DNA of 43,735 nucleotides from Methanosarcinales archaeon (GTDB lineage Archaea; Halobacteriota; Methanosarcinia; Methanosarcinales; Methanogasteraceae). Below, piece after piece: positions 7,861-17,038 of this stretch. Position 1 is the first letter of the stretch. Each line of letters opens with the position of its first letter. Location of the stretch: positions 1 through 43,735 of the forward strand of contig DAOURL010000001.1 in assembly GCA_030625165.1 (NCBI GenBank), written 5' to 3'. The notes under the pieces were generated by a model. The model saw nothing but the letters and a program-made list of their open reading frames with translations. It was not told where the DNA came from and ran no database searches. Made by a program: the position numbers and the translations under genes.

Positions 7861-9432
7861 TTATGGTGTGGTCGTGTGTACCAGCACCGCATCAATGATA
7901 CCATCGACCTCTCGAATCTCTTCAAGCACCTGATGAGGGATATCCGAATCAACGCTCATAATCATGATCGCCGTGCCATCTGCGCAACTGACCTGCATCG
8001 CTGATATATTGATGTCATCCCTGCCAAGGATCGTGCAGCAGGGACCTATTACGTTTGGACGGTTCTGATGCCGTGAGACGATCATATATCTGGACGGAAA
8101 AATATCGACATCGCATCCATCGATTCCGATTATTCTCATGCGATCGTTTTCAAATACACTTGTTACAGATCTTACAACAGTACCTTTCAGACGTATGGTA
8201 ATCGATTGGGATCTTTCTGCAACAATCGCTTTACTCTCTTTAATTTTTATTTTTCGTTCCTTTGCAAGTTCCGGTGCATTCACATAGTTCACACCAGAGC
8301 CAAGCAATGTTGCAAGCACACCTTTCAGCGCTGCATGTGTGATCATCCTGATATCGGTGTCAAATAACCTGCCTGCATACTCGATCTCAATCACATCGAA
8401 ATCCTGAACGATCTGGGCGCACAGGCTGCCCGTGCTCTCTGCGACGCTCCGCATAGCGTCCATCACACCCGGTCTGACAGACGGCAGATTGATCGCATTC
8501 TGCACGATCTCACCATGCAGAGCAGCGAGCACCTGCCCGGCAATGGAAACAGATACCGCAGTCTGCGCTTCGATCGTGGATGCACCGAGATGCGGGGTTA
8601 CAATCACCGAATCCGATTCGAGCAGCGGACTGCCTGATGGGGGCTCGCATGCAAACACATCGAGTGCTGCGCCAGAGACGCGACCATCGTTGATCGCACG
8701 AATGAGAGCATCTTCATTGATGATGCCACCGCGTGCACAGTTGATGATACGAACACCGTTCTTCATGATTGCAAACTGGGGATCGCTGATCAGATTACGG
8801 GTGCCACTGGTCAGTGGTGTGTGTATCGTGATGTAATCAGAATTTTTCAGCACGCTATCAAGATTTTTAAGTTCAATTCCGAGTTCTTTTGCACGCTGAT
8901 CTGATATGAATGGATCATACGCAATTATATTCATCCCAAAGTGATGTGCACGCTTTGCAACCTCGATACCAATCCTTCCGAGTCCTATGATGCCGAGCGT
9001 TTTTTCCTTTACTTCATTTCCAATGAATCGCTCCGTATCCCATCGGTTCGCTTTCAATGATGCATCTGCCTGCGGTATATTTCTCGACAGCGCGAGCATC
9101 ATTGCAATGGTGTGTTCAGATGTTGAAACTATGTTCTCTTCAGGTGTGTTTGCCACAATGATGCCGCGTTTTGTTGCAGCTGGTACATCGATATGATCGA
9201 CGCCGACTCCAGCCATGCCAATGATTTTAAGGCGTTTTCCAGACTCTATAACATCTTCTGTCACCTTTGTATCGCTTCTGACAATCAGTCCATCGTAGTC
9301 ACCGATGATGTCCAGGAGTTCATTCTCTGTGAGATTCGTTCGTATATGGACCTCGTGCTCTGCTCGAAGAATTTCTATGCCCTGTTCCGCAATGAAATCG
9401 GTTATAAGAATTTTCATACATGATCCTCCCAT
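7861..9432 (-). CDS. serA: D-3-phosphoglycerate dehydrogenase (long form with ACT domain)
   Basis: MKILITD..., GIIGLGRIG NAD-binding site and a 2-hydroxyacid dehydrogenase core with the HLGAST catalytic His. About 520 aa with a C-terminal regulatory extension. The likely start is MKILI at 9417. Confidence 0.85.
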   Translation of the reverse strand: MGGSCMKILITDFIAEQGIEILRAEHEVHIRTNLTENELLDIIGDYDGLIVRSDTKVTEDVIESGKRLKIIGMAGVGVDHIDVPAATKRGIIVANTPEENIVSTSEHTIAMMLALSRNIPQADASLKANRWDTERFIGNEVKEKTLGIIGLGRIGIEVAKRAHHFGMNIIAYDPFISDQRAKELGIELKNLDSVLKNSDYITIHTPLTSGTRNLISDPQFAIMKNGVRIINCARGGIINEDALIRAINDGRVSGAALDVFACEPPSGSPLLESDSVIVTPHLGASTIEAQTAVSVSIAGQVLAALHGEIVQNAINLPSVRPGVMDAMRSVAESTGSLCAQIVQDFDVIEIEYAGRLFDTDIRMITHAALKGVLATLLGSGVNYVNAPELAKERKIKIKESKAIVAERSQSITIRLKGTVVRSVTSVFENDRMRIIGIDGCDVDIFPSRYMIVSRHQNRPNVIGPCCTILGRDDINISAMQVSCADGTAIMIMSVDSDIPHQVLEEIREVDGIIDAVLVHTTTP

Positions 9433-9643
9433 GCCTATGAATGTTTCTCTGATTTCATGATTTAAAGAACTGATGCATGAATGTTTCTCTCATCGGCAAA
9501 TTTATAACACAGAAAGTTTCAATGAAAGCGATAACTTTACTATACCATACCCTTATGTGTCATCAAATGCTGAAACGAACCATGTGCATCATGCACGATA
9601 TGTACATGGTGCAAACAGCACTGATCGTTACAGAGGTATCAAC

Positions 9644-10057
9644 ATGACAGATGAATTCGAACCAAATATACTGGCGTTCTGCTGTAACTGGTGTTCTTAT
9701 GCTGGTGCAGATCTTGCCGGAGTCAGCAGGTTCCAGTACCCACCGAACATCCGGATCATCCGGGTGATGTGTTCAGGACGGGTCGAGCCCGCGTTCATTC
9801 TTGAGGCATTGAAGGATGGTGCCGATGGCGTGCTGATCACAGGCTGCCATATCGGCGACTGTCATTATATCGATGGCAACAGGAACGCCGAGGTAAGGAT
9901 CAACAACACCATTGACGCACTCAAATATCTCGGACTGGATGGCAGATTACGTCTTGAATGGGTATCTGCGAGCGAAGGAGCACGGTTTGCAGAGGTCGTC
10001 AGCGAGTTCACAGAGGAGATCAGGAAACTTGGACCGAATCCGCTGAAAGAGACATGA
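9644..10057 (+). CDS. mvhD: MvhD/FlpD-like [2Fe-2S] subunit
   Basis: The ATG at 9644 gives MTDEFEPNILAFCCNWCSYAGADLAG...ITGCHIGDCHY, a 137-aa product like its paralogs. The 57 upstream codons of the tracked ORF are not family-like. Confidence 0.85.
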   Translation: MTDEFEPNILAFCCNWCSYAGADLAGVSRFQYPPNIRIIRVMCSGRVEPAFILEALKDGADGVLITGCHIGDCHYIDGNRNAEVRINNTIDALKYLGLDGRLRLEWVSASEGARFAEVVSEFTEEIRKLGPNPLKET

Positions 10058-10083
10058 TGTGTCAGTCTCGCGATTGACACTAC

Positions 10084-10110
10084 TTTTTTTATCGGTGGCA
10101 CGATTTTTTT
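10084..10110 (+). terminator. Two T7 tracts (possible archaeal oligo-T terminators or attenuators)
   Basis: ttttttt occurs at 10084-10090 and at 10104-10110, directly after the mvhD stop. Confidence 0.35.
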
Positions 10111-10214
10111 ACTAGTGGCGCGCCGCGACATCGGAAGGTTTATGGTGTGCAATATCTCATGTCACATGCGATACTTGAGCATTATAGCATAGAGTATCGA
10201 AGGAGGCTTTTACC

Positions 10215-10745
10215 ATGAGGACCCTGGAAGAGGCGCTGAAACTGGAGTACGATTCTGCGAACGCGAATGTTACTGTTTCTGGAGTACCGATAATCCTTAT
10301 AAGCAAGAATACCTTTGGGGTACTCCATAAGGAGTTGATATCTGTCCTTGGAAGAGGTGCAGAGGGCGTGCTGTACCACGCGGGATATGAGGGCGGCAGG
10401 AAAGGCTTTAAACATATAGCCCGGTGGTGGGATTTTGATGTTAAGGACCGGGAAGAGATCATCAGTGCTTATGCGCAGATGTTATCAAGGTTCGGATGGT
10501 TGAACCTTGAAGATGTCGAGGTGGATGACCAGAAGAATGAGGTCGTAATAACAGCTAAGAATTGCTTTGAGGCGCGCAAGTATGCTGGTCAGGCAGATAA
10601 ACCTGTTTGCCATTATATTAGGGGCTTTTTGTGCGGCTTTGTGGAGTCAGCCTTCAAGATGGAGAGCCTCAGGTGTGATGAGGTTAGCTGCCAGGGGAGG
10701 GGAGATGAGATCTGCAAGTTTGTCTTAAAACCGATGTTCTGGTGA
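10215..10745 (+). CDS. V4R (4-vinyl reductase) domain protein
   Basis: Contains GVLHKELISVLGRGAEGVLYHAGYEGGRKG and a C-terminal CHYIRGFLCGFVESAF...CDEVSCQGRGDEICKF, which is the typical V4R small-molecule-binding domain layout. RBS ggagg before the ATG. Confidence 0.7.
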   Translation: MRTLEEALKLEYDSANANVTVSGVPIILISKNTFGVLHKELISVLGRGAEGVLYHAGYEGGRKGFKHIARWWDFDVKDREEIISAYAQMLSRFGWLNLEDVEVDDQKNEVVITAKNCFEARKYAGQADKPVCHYIRGFLCGFVESAFKMESLRCDEVSCQGRGDEICKFVLKPMFW

Positions 10746-10749
10746 TCTT

Positions 10750-11328
10750 GTGCCGGTAATCAAAAGTATCATCCGGTTAAACGATCTGGATACGAACTTT
10801 GTAGATGAAGTGATCGAGACTGGAAGCGAGGTTTTTGGCGAGGAGATACCAAAAACGATCATGGCTTGTATGCAGTGCGGTCGGTGTAGTGGCAGCTGTC
10901 CATCCGGGAGGAGGACGGCTTTTCGGACGCGGAAGATATATCGGGAAGTGGTGCTCGGCTTTCGGGAAAAGGTGCTCTCAAGTGACGAACTCTGGTACTG
11001 TACCACCTGTTACACATGTCAGGAACGATGTCCGAGGGGTGTTAAGACGACCGAGATCATACGGATCCTCAGAAACATCGCAGCAAAAGAGGGGTACATG
11101 TCAAAGTCCCACAAGATGGCGGCAGGACATGTCTTCAGGACCGGGCACGCTGTTGCAATAAACGAGGAGATACAGAACGTTAGAGAGGAACTCGGTCTCA
11201 GCAGGCTCCCTCCAACGACCCATTCCCATCCGGAAGCCCTTGCAAAGTTACAGGATATCCTCAGAAAGACACATTTTGATGAACTGGTCGGTTTTGACTG
11301 GGAAACGATGGAATTAAAGGAGGTCTAA
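10750..11328 (+). CDS. hdrC: HdrC-like 2x[4Fe-4S] subunit
   Basis: CMQCGRCSGSCP and CTTCYTCQERCPRGV motifs. 192 aa, GTG start. Confidence 0.85.
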   Translation: MPVIKSIIRLNDLDTNFVDEVIETGSEVFGEEIPKTIMACMQCGRCSGSCPSGRRTAFRTRKIYREVVLGFREKVLSSDELWYCTTCYTCQERCPRGVKTTEIIRILRNIAAKEGYMSKSHKMAAGHVFRTGHAVAINEEIQNVREELGLSRLPPTTHSHPEALAKLQDILRKTHFDELVGFDWETMELKEV

Positions 11329-11333
11329 ATATT

Positions 11334-12230
11334 ATGGAAGAAAAGACTTATGCCTGTTTCCTGGGCTGTGTTATCCCGAACAGGTATCCCGGGATTGAGT
11401 TGTCAACTGTTAAGATGCTAAGAGAACTGGGCGTCGAGTCGGTTGATATGCCAGGTGCTGGCTGCTGTCCGGCTCCAGGAGTATTCGGGTCATTTGACTT
11501 AAAGACCTGGCTTGCTCTGGCAGCGAGAAACATCTGTATCGCAGAAGAGCTCGGGTGCGATATCATGACCATGTGCAATGGTTGCTATGGATCTCTTCAG
11601 GAGGCTGACCATCTGCTGAAAGGAGACCCGCTACTAAAAGATAAGGTAAATGAGATACTCGCGCCCGAGATGGAATACAAGGGCACGATCAACGTGAAGC
11701 ACCAGGTTGAGATATTCACTGATGATATTGGCATTGAGCGGATAAAAGAAGCCATAACAATGCCCCTTGATGGACTTCGGGTTGGAGTTCATTATGGGTG
11801 CCACTTCTTAAAGCCAAGCGCTGTGCGTGGTCACGGGAAGGCTGAGAGACCAGGGATGGTAGACGCTCTCGTTGAGGTCACCGGTGCAAAGAGCGTGGAG
11901 TACAAGGATAAGATGATGTGCTGCGGCTTTGGCGGAGGAGTCAGGACGAGGGACATCGAGGTTGCTCTTGATATCACGAAGGAGAAGATAACAAACATGT
12001 TGGATGCCGGGGTGGACTGTACTGTTAATCCCTGTGCATCCTGTCACCTGCAGTTTGACAGGGGACAGGTTGAGATCGAACATATCTTTGGAGACCGTTT
12101 CAATCTTCCGGTACTATACTATTCCCAGCTCCTGGGTCTTGCGATGGGGCACGATCCCAGGGAACTTGGCATGCACAAGCAGAACATACCAACTGACCCG
12201 GTACTTGACAAGGTGGAGGGATTGAAATGA
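11334..12230 (+). CDS. hdrB: HdrB-like subunit (two CCG domains)
   Basis: Contains GCCPAPG, CNGCYGSL, MCCGFGGG and PCASCHLQFD. 298 aa. Confidence 0.9.
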   Translation: MEEKTYACFLGCVIPNRYPGIELSTVKMLRELGVESVDMPGAGCCPAPGVFGSFDLKTWLALAARNICIAEELGCDIMTMCNGCYGSLQEADHLLKGDPLLKDKVNEILAPEMEYKGTINVKHQVEIFTDDIGIERIKEAITMPLDGLRVGVHYGCHFLKPSAVRGHGKAERPGMVDALVEVTGAKSVEYKDKMMCCGFGGGVRTRDIEVALDITKEKITNMLDAGVDCTVNPCASCHLQFDRGQVEIEHIFGDRFNLPVLYYSQLLGLAMGHDPRELGMHKQNIPTDPVLDKVEGLK

Positions 12231-14179
12231 ATATTGGAGTCTATGTCTGCCATTGCGGCACGAATATTGCAGGTGTGATCGATGTCGAGAAGGTGACAGA
12301 GTATGCCACTACCCTGGATGGCGTTGTTGTGGCAAGGAATTACAAGTATATGTGCTCTGATCCGGGCAAGGATCTTATCAGAAGCGATATAAAAGAGAAT
12401 AATCTGGATCGCGTGGTGGTTGCAGCCTGCTCTCCTACCATGCATGAGAAGACGTATCGGGATGTGATGGAAGAGATGGGCGGAAATCCGTTCCTCTTTG
12501 AGATGGCAAATATCAGAGAGCAGGACTCATGGGTTCACACGGATAAGGATATGGCAACCGAGAAGGCTTATGACCTGGTGCGGATGGCGGTTGCAAAGGT
12601 CAGGCGAAACGAGCCACTTGAGAGAATCGAGATCCCTGTAACCCAGCGTGCTCTTATTATCGGAGGCGGGGTTGCTGGTATGGAGGCGAGTCTCGACCTT
12701 GCAGAACAGGGCTACGAGGTTATTATGGTTGAGAAGGAGCAGAGCATCGGAGGTCACATGTCTCAGCTTACAAAGACCTTCCCGACACTGGACTGCCCGA
12801 TGTGCATCCTTGCACCGAAGATGGCGCTGCATGAGCATAAGAACATAACCATTTACTCCTTTTCAGAGATCGAAGAGGTCTCTGGCTATGTCGGCAACTT
12901 CGAGGTCTCGATAAGGAAAAAGGCAAAGTCGGTCATAGAAGACCTCTGCAACGGCTGTGGTCTCTGCCAGGAGAAGTGCCCCACAAAGGTTCTGAGCGTG
13001 TATGACGGGAAGCTTGGAACGAGGAAAGCCATCTACACCCTCTTTCCCCAGGCGGTTCCGAGAATTCCGGTTCTGGACAGAGAGAACTGCCTGATGTTCA
13101 CCAAGGGCACGTGCGGCGTATGCAAGAAGGTCTGCCCCACGGATGCTATCGATTATGATCAGCAGGATGAGATCATAACAGAAAAGGTCGGCGCTATAAT
13201 CGTTGCCACCGGTTATGCTGAGTACGACCCAACTCCAATCGAGGAGTACGGCTACGGCAGATACAAGAATGTCCTGACAGGTCTCCAGTTTGAGAGGCTC
13301 ACGAATGCATCAGGACCGACACTGGGCGTGCTCAAGAGACCATCTGATGGCGCCACGCCAAAGAGGTTCGCGTTCATCCAGTGCGTCGGCTCCAGAGATG
13401 TGAATACCCAGGAGTACTGCTCGAAGGTATGCTGTATGTATACTGTTAAGAATGCAAGGCTGCTCAGAGACGAGCATCCGGAGAGCGAGGTGTACATATT
13501 CTACACAGATGTTCGGTCTGCTGGTAAGGGCTACGAGGAGTTCTATAAGATATCCCAGGAGAAAGGCGTCAAATTCATAAGAGGAAGAGTGTCCGAGGTC
13601 GTTGGACTTCCTGATGATAACCTGCTTTTGAGGACAGAGGATACCCTGACCGGGGATGTGTACGAAGTAGAGGTTGACATGGCGATACTGGCGTGCGCGC
13701 TTCTGCCGGCAGAGGGTTCAGATAAGTTAAGAGACATACTGAAGATCTCTGAGGGGACAGATGGGTTCTTCATGGAGGCACATCCCAAGTTAAGACCTGT
13801 TGATACGCTGACCGATGGAATATACCTGGCAGGCTGCGCCCAAGGTCCAAGAGACATAGCAGATACAGTGGTTCATGCCAAGGGTGCTGCTTCTGGCGCG
13901 TCTGTCCTCATATCCCATACGAAGATGAGCCTTGACCCGATCTCGGCTTACAGCGACGAGAGCGTATGCAGGGGATGCGGGGAATGTAAGCTCGTCTGCC
14001 AGTTCGGCGCGATCGAGATCGAGCCTCTGAATGGCAGACTGATTGCTAAGGTAAACGAGGTACTATGCAAGGGGTGCGGTGCCTGTGTCGGTGCATGCTG
14101 CAATGGTGCCATGAGTATAAGACACTTCAAGGATGAGCAGATCAATTCAATGATCGAGGCAGCGATGGAGGTGGCATGA
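12227..14179 (+). CDS. hdrA: HdrA, canonical full architecture
   Basis: All domains are present: N-terminal VYVCHCGTNIAG; IIGGGVAGMEASLDLA; TFPTLDCPMCILAPK; inserted ferredoxin CNGCGLCQEKCP and CGVCKKVCPTDA; QCVGSRD..YCSKVCC; C-terminal CRGCGECKLVCQ and CKGCGACVGACC. ATGA overlap with hdrB. Confidence 0.95.
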   Translation: MNIGVYVCHCGTNIAGVIDVEKVTEYATTLDGVVVARNYKYMCSDPGKDLIRSDIKENNLDRVVVAACSPTMHEKTYRDVMEEMGGNPFLFEMANIREQDSWVHTDKDMATEKAYDLVRMAVAKVRRNEPLERIEIPVTQRALIIGGGVAGMEASLDLAEQGYEVIMVEKEQSIGGHMSQLTKTFPTLDCPMCILAPKMALHEHKNITIYSFSEIEEVSGYVGNFEVSIRKKAKSVIEDLCNGCGLCQEKCPTKVLSVYDGKLGTRKAIYTLFPQAVPRIPVLDRENCLMFTKGTCGVCKKVCPTDAIDYDQQDEIITEKVGAIIVATGYAEYDPTPIEEYGYGRYKNVLTGLQFERLTNASGPTLGVLKRPSDGATPKRFAFIQCVGSRDVNTQEYCSKVCCMYTVKNARLLRDEHPESEVYIFYTDVRSAGKGYEEFYKISQEKGVKFIRGRVSEVVGLPDDNLLLRTEDTLTGDVYEVEVDMAILACALLPAEGSDKLRDILKISEGTDGFFMEAHPKLRPVDTLTDGIYLAGCAQGPRDIADTVVHAKGAASGASVLISHTKMSLDPISAYSDESVCRGCGECKLVCQFGAIEIEPLNGRLIAKVNEVLCKGCGACVGACCNGAMSIRHFKDEQINSMIEAAMEVA

Positions 14180-14586
14180 TGGAGCCAAAGATCGTTGCTT
14201 TCTGCTGTAAGTGGTGTTCGTCTGCCGGAGCAGACCTTGCAGGCACATCGAGGATGAAGTATCCTCCAAATATCAGGATCATCAGGGTCATGTGTTCGGG
14301 AAGAATCGAACCCTCATATATTCTCCATGCTCTCGAGCTTGGCGCTGATGGTGTCATCATAACAGGCTGTCATCTCGGTGACTGCCATTACATCGCGGGA
14401 AACGAACAGGCAAAAAAGCGGGTTGAGATGACGACAGAACTTCTTGAGACGATGGGGATCGACCCGCGAAGACTCCGTCTGGAATGGATTTCAGCGTCAG
14501 AGGGTGCCAGATTTGCAAGCGTGATGACCGATTTCGTTGAGGAGATAAAAGAGCTTGGGCACAGTCCTCTGGGAGGTGTATCATGA
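14176..14586 (+). CDS. mvhD: MvhD/FlpD-like [2Fe-2S] subunit
   Basis: Contains FCCKWCSSAGADLAG, RVMCSGR and ITGCHLGDCHY. ATGA overlaps on both sides. Confidence 0.9.
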   Translation: MMEPKIVAFCCKWCSSAGADLAGTSRMKYPPNIRIIRVMCSGRIEPSYILHALELGADGVIITGCHLGDCHYIAGNEQAKKRVEMTTELLETMGIDPRRLRLEWISASEGARFASVMTDFVEEIKELGHSPLGGVS

Positions 14587-15740
14587 CGGCAGTAGACGAT
14601 CTTATGCGGGATGCCGGAGCCTATTACTGTATTGAATGCGGTAAGTGTACAACCGTCTGCCCGATTGCTAATGCCGACCCTGAGTTTGCTCCCAGATTGA
14701 TCGTGGTAAAGGCGATGGCTGGCATTGCGAATGTTGCACTGGAGCCGGACATCTGGAGATGCATGACCTGTGAGACCTGTAGCGAGATGTGCCCGTATAA
14801 TGTTCTCTACTCCGAGTTTATAAGGGGACTCAGGGCAGAGGCGGCCTCCATGGGAATCGTTTCTGTCTGCTCTCAGCACGATCTGATGCAGACCATGATG
14901 AGGATGATGGCGACTCCAGGGATAGAGCAGAATAGACTGGGCTGGGTCACTCCGGACTTGAAGATTGCTGATAAAGGAGAGGTCTTCTACTTCACAGGCT
15001 GTCTGCCCCAGATGAGTACCATCTTTAGGGATCAAGAGGATCTGAACCTGATCGGGATCGCTCAGAGTGCTGTTGCGATATTCAATCGCGCAGGTATCAC
15101 GCCTGTTGTGAGCAATCAGGAGGTCTGCTGCGGTCATGATCTGAACTGGACTGGCGATGAAGTGAACTTTGAGAAACTGATGAGGATAAACCTGGATTTG
15201 ATCAAGAAGAGCGGGGCTACGAAGGTTGTTTTCACCTGTGCCGAGTGCCTGAGAACATTTGAGATCGATTACCAGGATATAGCAGGCGATCTGGATTACG
15301 AGCTCCTGCACATCTCTGAGTTTGTCGATGACCTCGTGGCTGAGGGGAAGATCACCTTCGATGGTGTCGAGGAGAAGGTCACCTACCATGACCCATGCAG
15401 ACTTGGAAGGCACCTCGGCATATACGATGCTCCCAGGAATGTTATCGGAGCGATAGAGGGCATGGACTTGATCGAGATGGAGAGAACCAGGGAAAAATCA
15501 GCCTGCTGCGGAGTAAGCGCATGGCTTACCTGCGATAGCATTGCAAAGGAGATGCAGCTTGCGCGCATGGTGGAGGCTGTGGGAACCGGAAGCAAAAAAC
15601 TCATAACATCCTGTCCGAAGTGCCAGATTCATCTGAGGTGTGCGATCTCTGAGGAGATGCCGATTGAGAGGGAGAAGGCAGACATACCGATCGAGGACTT
15701 CACCATTCTGGTCGCAAATTCGATAAAAACAGGAGCGTGA
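14583..15740 (+). CDS. Soluble HdrD-like protein (fused HdrC/HdrB-type: 2x[4Fe-4S] plus two CCG domains)
   Basis: Contains CIECGKCTTVCP, CMTCETCSEMCP, CCGHD, CAECLRTF, CCGVS and CPKCQIHL. No transmembrane segments and no adjacent hdrE. Confidence 0.8.
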   Translation: MTAVDDLMRDAGAYYCIECGKCTTVCPIANADPEFAPRLIVVKAMAGIANVALEPDIWRCMTCETCSEMCPYNVLYSEFIRGLRAEAASMGIVSVCSQHDLMQTMMRMMATPGIEQNRLGWVTPDLKIADKGEVFYFTGCLPQMSTIFRDQEDLNLIGIAQSAVAIFNRAGITPVVSNQEVCCGHDLNWTGDEVNFEKLMRINLDLIKKSGATKVVFTCAECLRTFEIDYQDIAGDLDYELLHISEFVDDLVAEGKITFDGVEEKVTYHDPCRLGRHLGIYDAPRNVIGAIEGMDLIEMERTREKSACCGVSAWLTCDSIAKEMQLARMVEAVGTGSKKLITSCPKCQIHLRCAISEEMPIEREKADIPIEDFTILVANSIKTGA

Positions 15741-17038
15741 AAGTCATGGTAAATAAAGCACTGGTAATTGGCGGCGGGGTTGCTGGCATCCAGGCATCCC
15801 TTGATCTGGCAGACAGAGGCACCGAGGTATATGTTGTTGAGAAAGAACCAAGCATAGGCGGGAGAATGTCGCAACTTGACAAGACCTTCCCGACAAACGA
15901 CTGCTCGATATGCATCCTTGCCCCGAAGATGGCTGACTGCTTCGGGCATTCCAACATCAATGTCATGACCTACTCTGAGGTACAGGATGTAACCGGCAGC
16001 GCTGGAGATTTCACAGTAACCGTCCTCAAGAAAGCGAGGTATGTGGACGCTGAAAAATGTACCGGCTGCGGGGAATGCATGGAGAAGTGCCCGGTTAAGA
16101 AGATACCAAACAAGTTTGAGATGGGTCTTGGTTTCAGGAGGGCTATATACCTACCATTTTTGCAGGCAGTACCAAGGATAGCAACAATCGATGCTGAGAA
16201 CTGTCTGTACCTGACGAAAGGCAAATGCGGAAACTGCGCCAAGGTCTGCCAGAGAGAGGCGATTCTGTACGACCAGAAGGATGAGATAGTCGAGATCAAC
16301 GTGGGCGCAATAATCGTTGCGACAGGCTATGATGTCTGGGACCCGACTCCTGCGAGCGAGTACGGGTATGGCAGGTATCCCAATATCTATACTGCAATGG
16401 AATATGAGCGGCTCATCTGTGCTGCAGGTCCGACGCAGGGTCACATGGAACGGAGGTCGGATGGAAAAAGACCCAAAAAGATTGCATTCATCCAGTGTGT
16501 GGGTTCCAGAAATGTCCAGATGGGACGCCCCTATTGTTGTAGCGTCTGCTGCATGCACGCAACGAAAGAGGCGATCCTTGCAAGAGAGCACCATGACGAT
16601 ATCGAGAGTTTCATATTCTATAAAGCCCTCCGCACCTTTGGAAAGGGCTTCAATGAGTATATGGAGCGTGCCAAATCGGACTACGGCGTAGTTTACATAA
16701 ACTCGGATGCAACGGTACAGGAAAACCCTGAGAACCAGAACCCGATCGTTGTTTACGATCTCGATGGGCACATCGAGAAGAAGGAAGTGGATATCGTGGT
16801 ACTGGCAACATCCCTGATCCCGAGACCAGAGACGAGGGTACTGGCTGAAAAGATCGGCATAAGTGTGGACCAGTTCGGATTTCTGGAGTCCGTAGACAAG
16901 CTTCTGGCTCCTCTGGATACGAAGATTCCAGGGATATTCCTTGCTGGCTACTGCCACGAGCCCATGGACATACCAGAAGCGGTCGCTCAGGCGAGCGGTG
17001 CTGCTGCAAGGGCATCCGAAGTGATGGAGGTGGGATAG
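15737..17038 (+). CDS. hdrA: HdrA-like, A' architecture (FAD domain plus inserted ferredoxin only)
   Basis: Starts directly at ALVIGGGVAGIQASLDLA. Contains TFPTNDCSICILAPK, CTGCGECMEKCP, CGNCAKVCQREA and QCVGSRN..CCSVCC. It has no N-terminal CxCG domain and no C-terminal ferredoxin. Ends with TAG at 17036-17038. Confidence 0.85.
   Translation: MKVMVNKALVIGGGVAGIQASLDLADRGTEVYVVEKEPSIGGRMSQLDKTFPTNDCSICILAPKMADCFGHSNINVMTYSEVQDVTGSAGDFTVTVLKKARYVDAEKCTGCGECMEKCPVKKIPNKFEMGLGFRRAIYLPFLQAVPRIATIDAENCLYLTKGKCGNCAKVCQREAILYDQKDEIVEINVGAIIVATGYDVWDPTPASEYGYGRYPNIYTAMEYERLICAAGPTQGHMERRSDGKRPKKIAFIQCVGSRNVQMGRPYCCSVCCMHATKEAILAREHHDDIESFIFYKALRTFGKGFNEYMERAKSDYGVVYINSDATVQENPENQNPIVVYDLDGHIEKKEVDIVVLATSLIPRPETRVLAEKIGISVDQFGFLESVDKLLAPLDTKIPGIFLAGYCHEPMDIPEAVAQASGAAARASEVMEVG

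Noticed and set aside
9473-9643. N-terminal 57-codon extension of the mvhD ORF as tracked, and likewise 39838-39951 for npdG, 30424-30549 for the cargo ORF and 4204-4260 for the small antitoxin-like ORF
   Set aside because: The extensions have no similarity to the respective families or paralogs and lack RBS support. The internal ATGs give products that match paralog lengths or remove overlaps with neighbouring genes.
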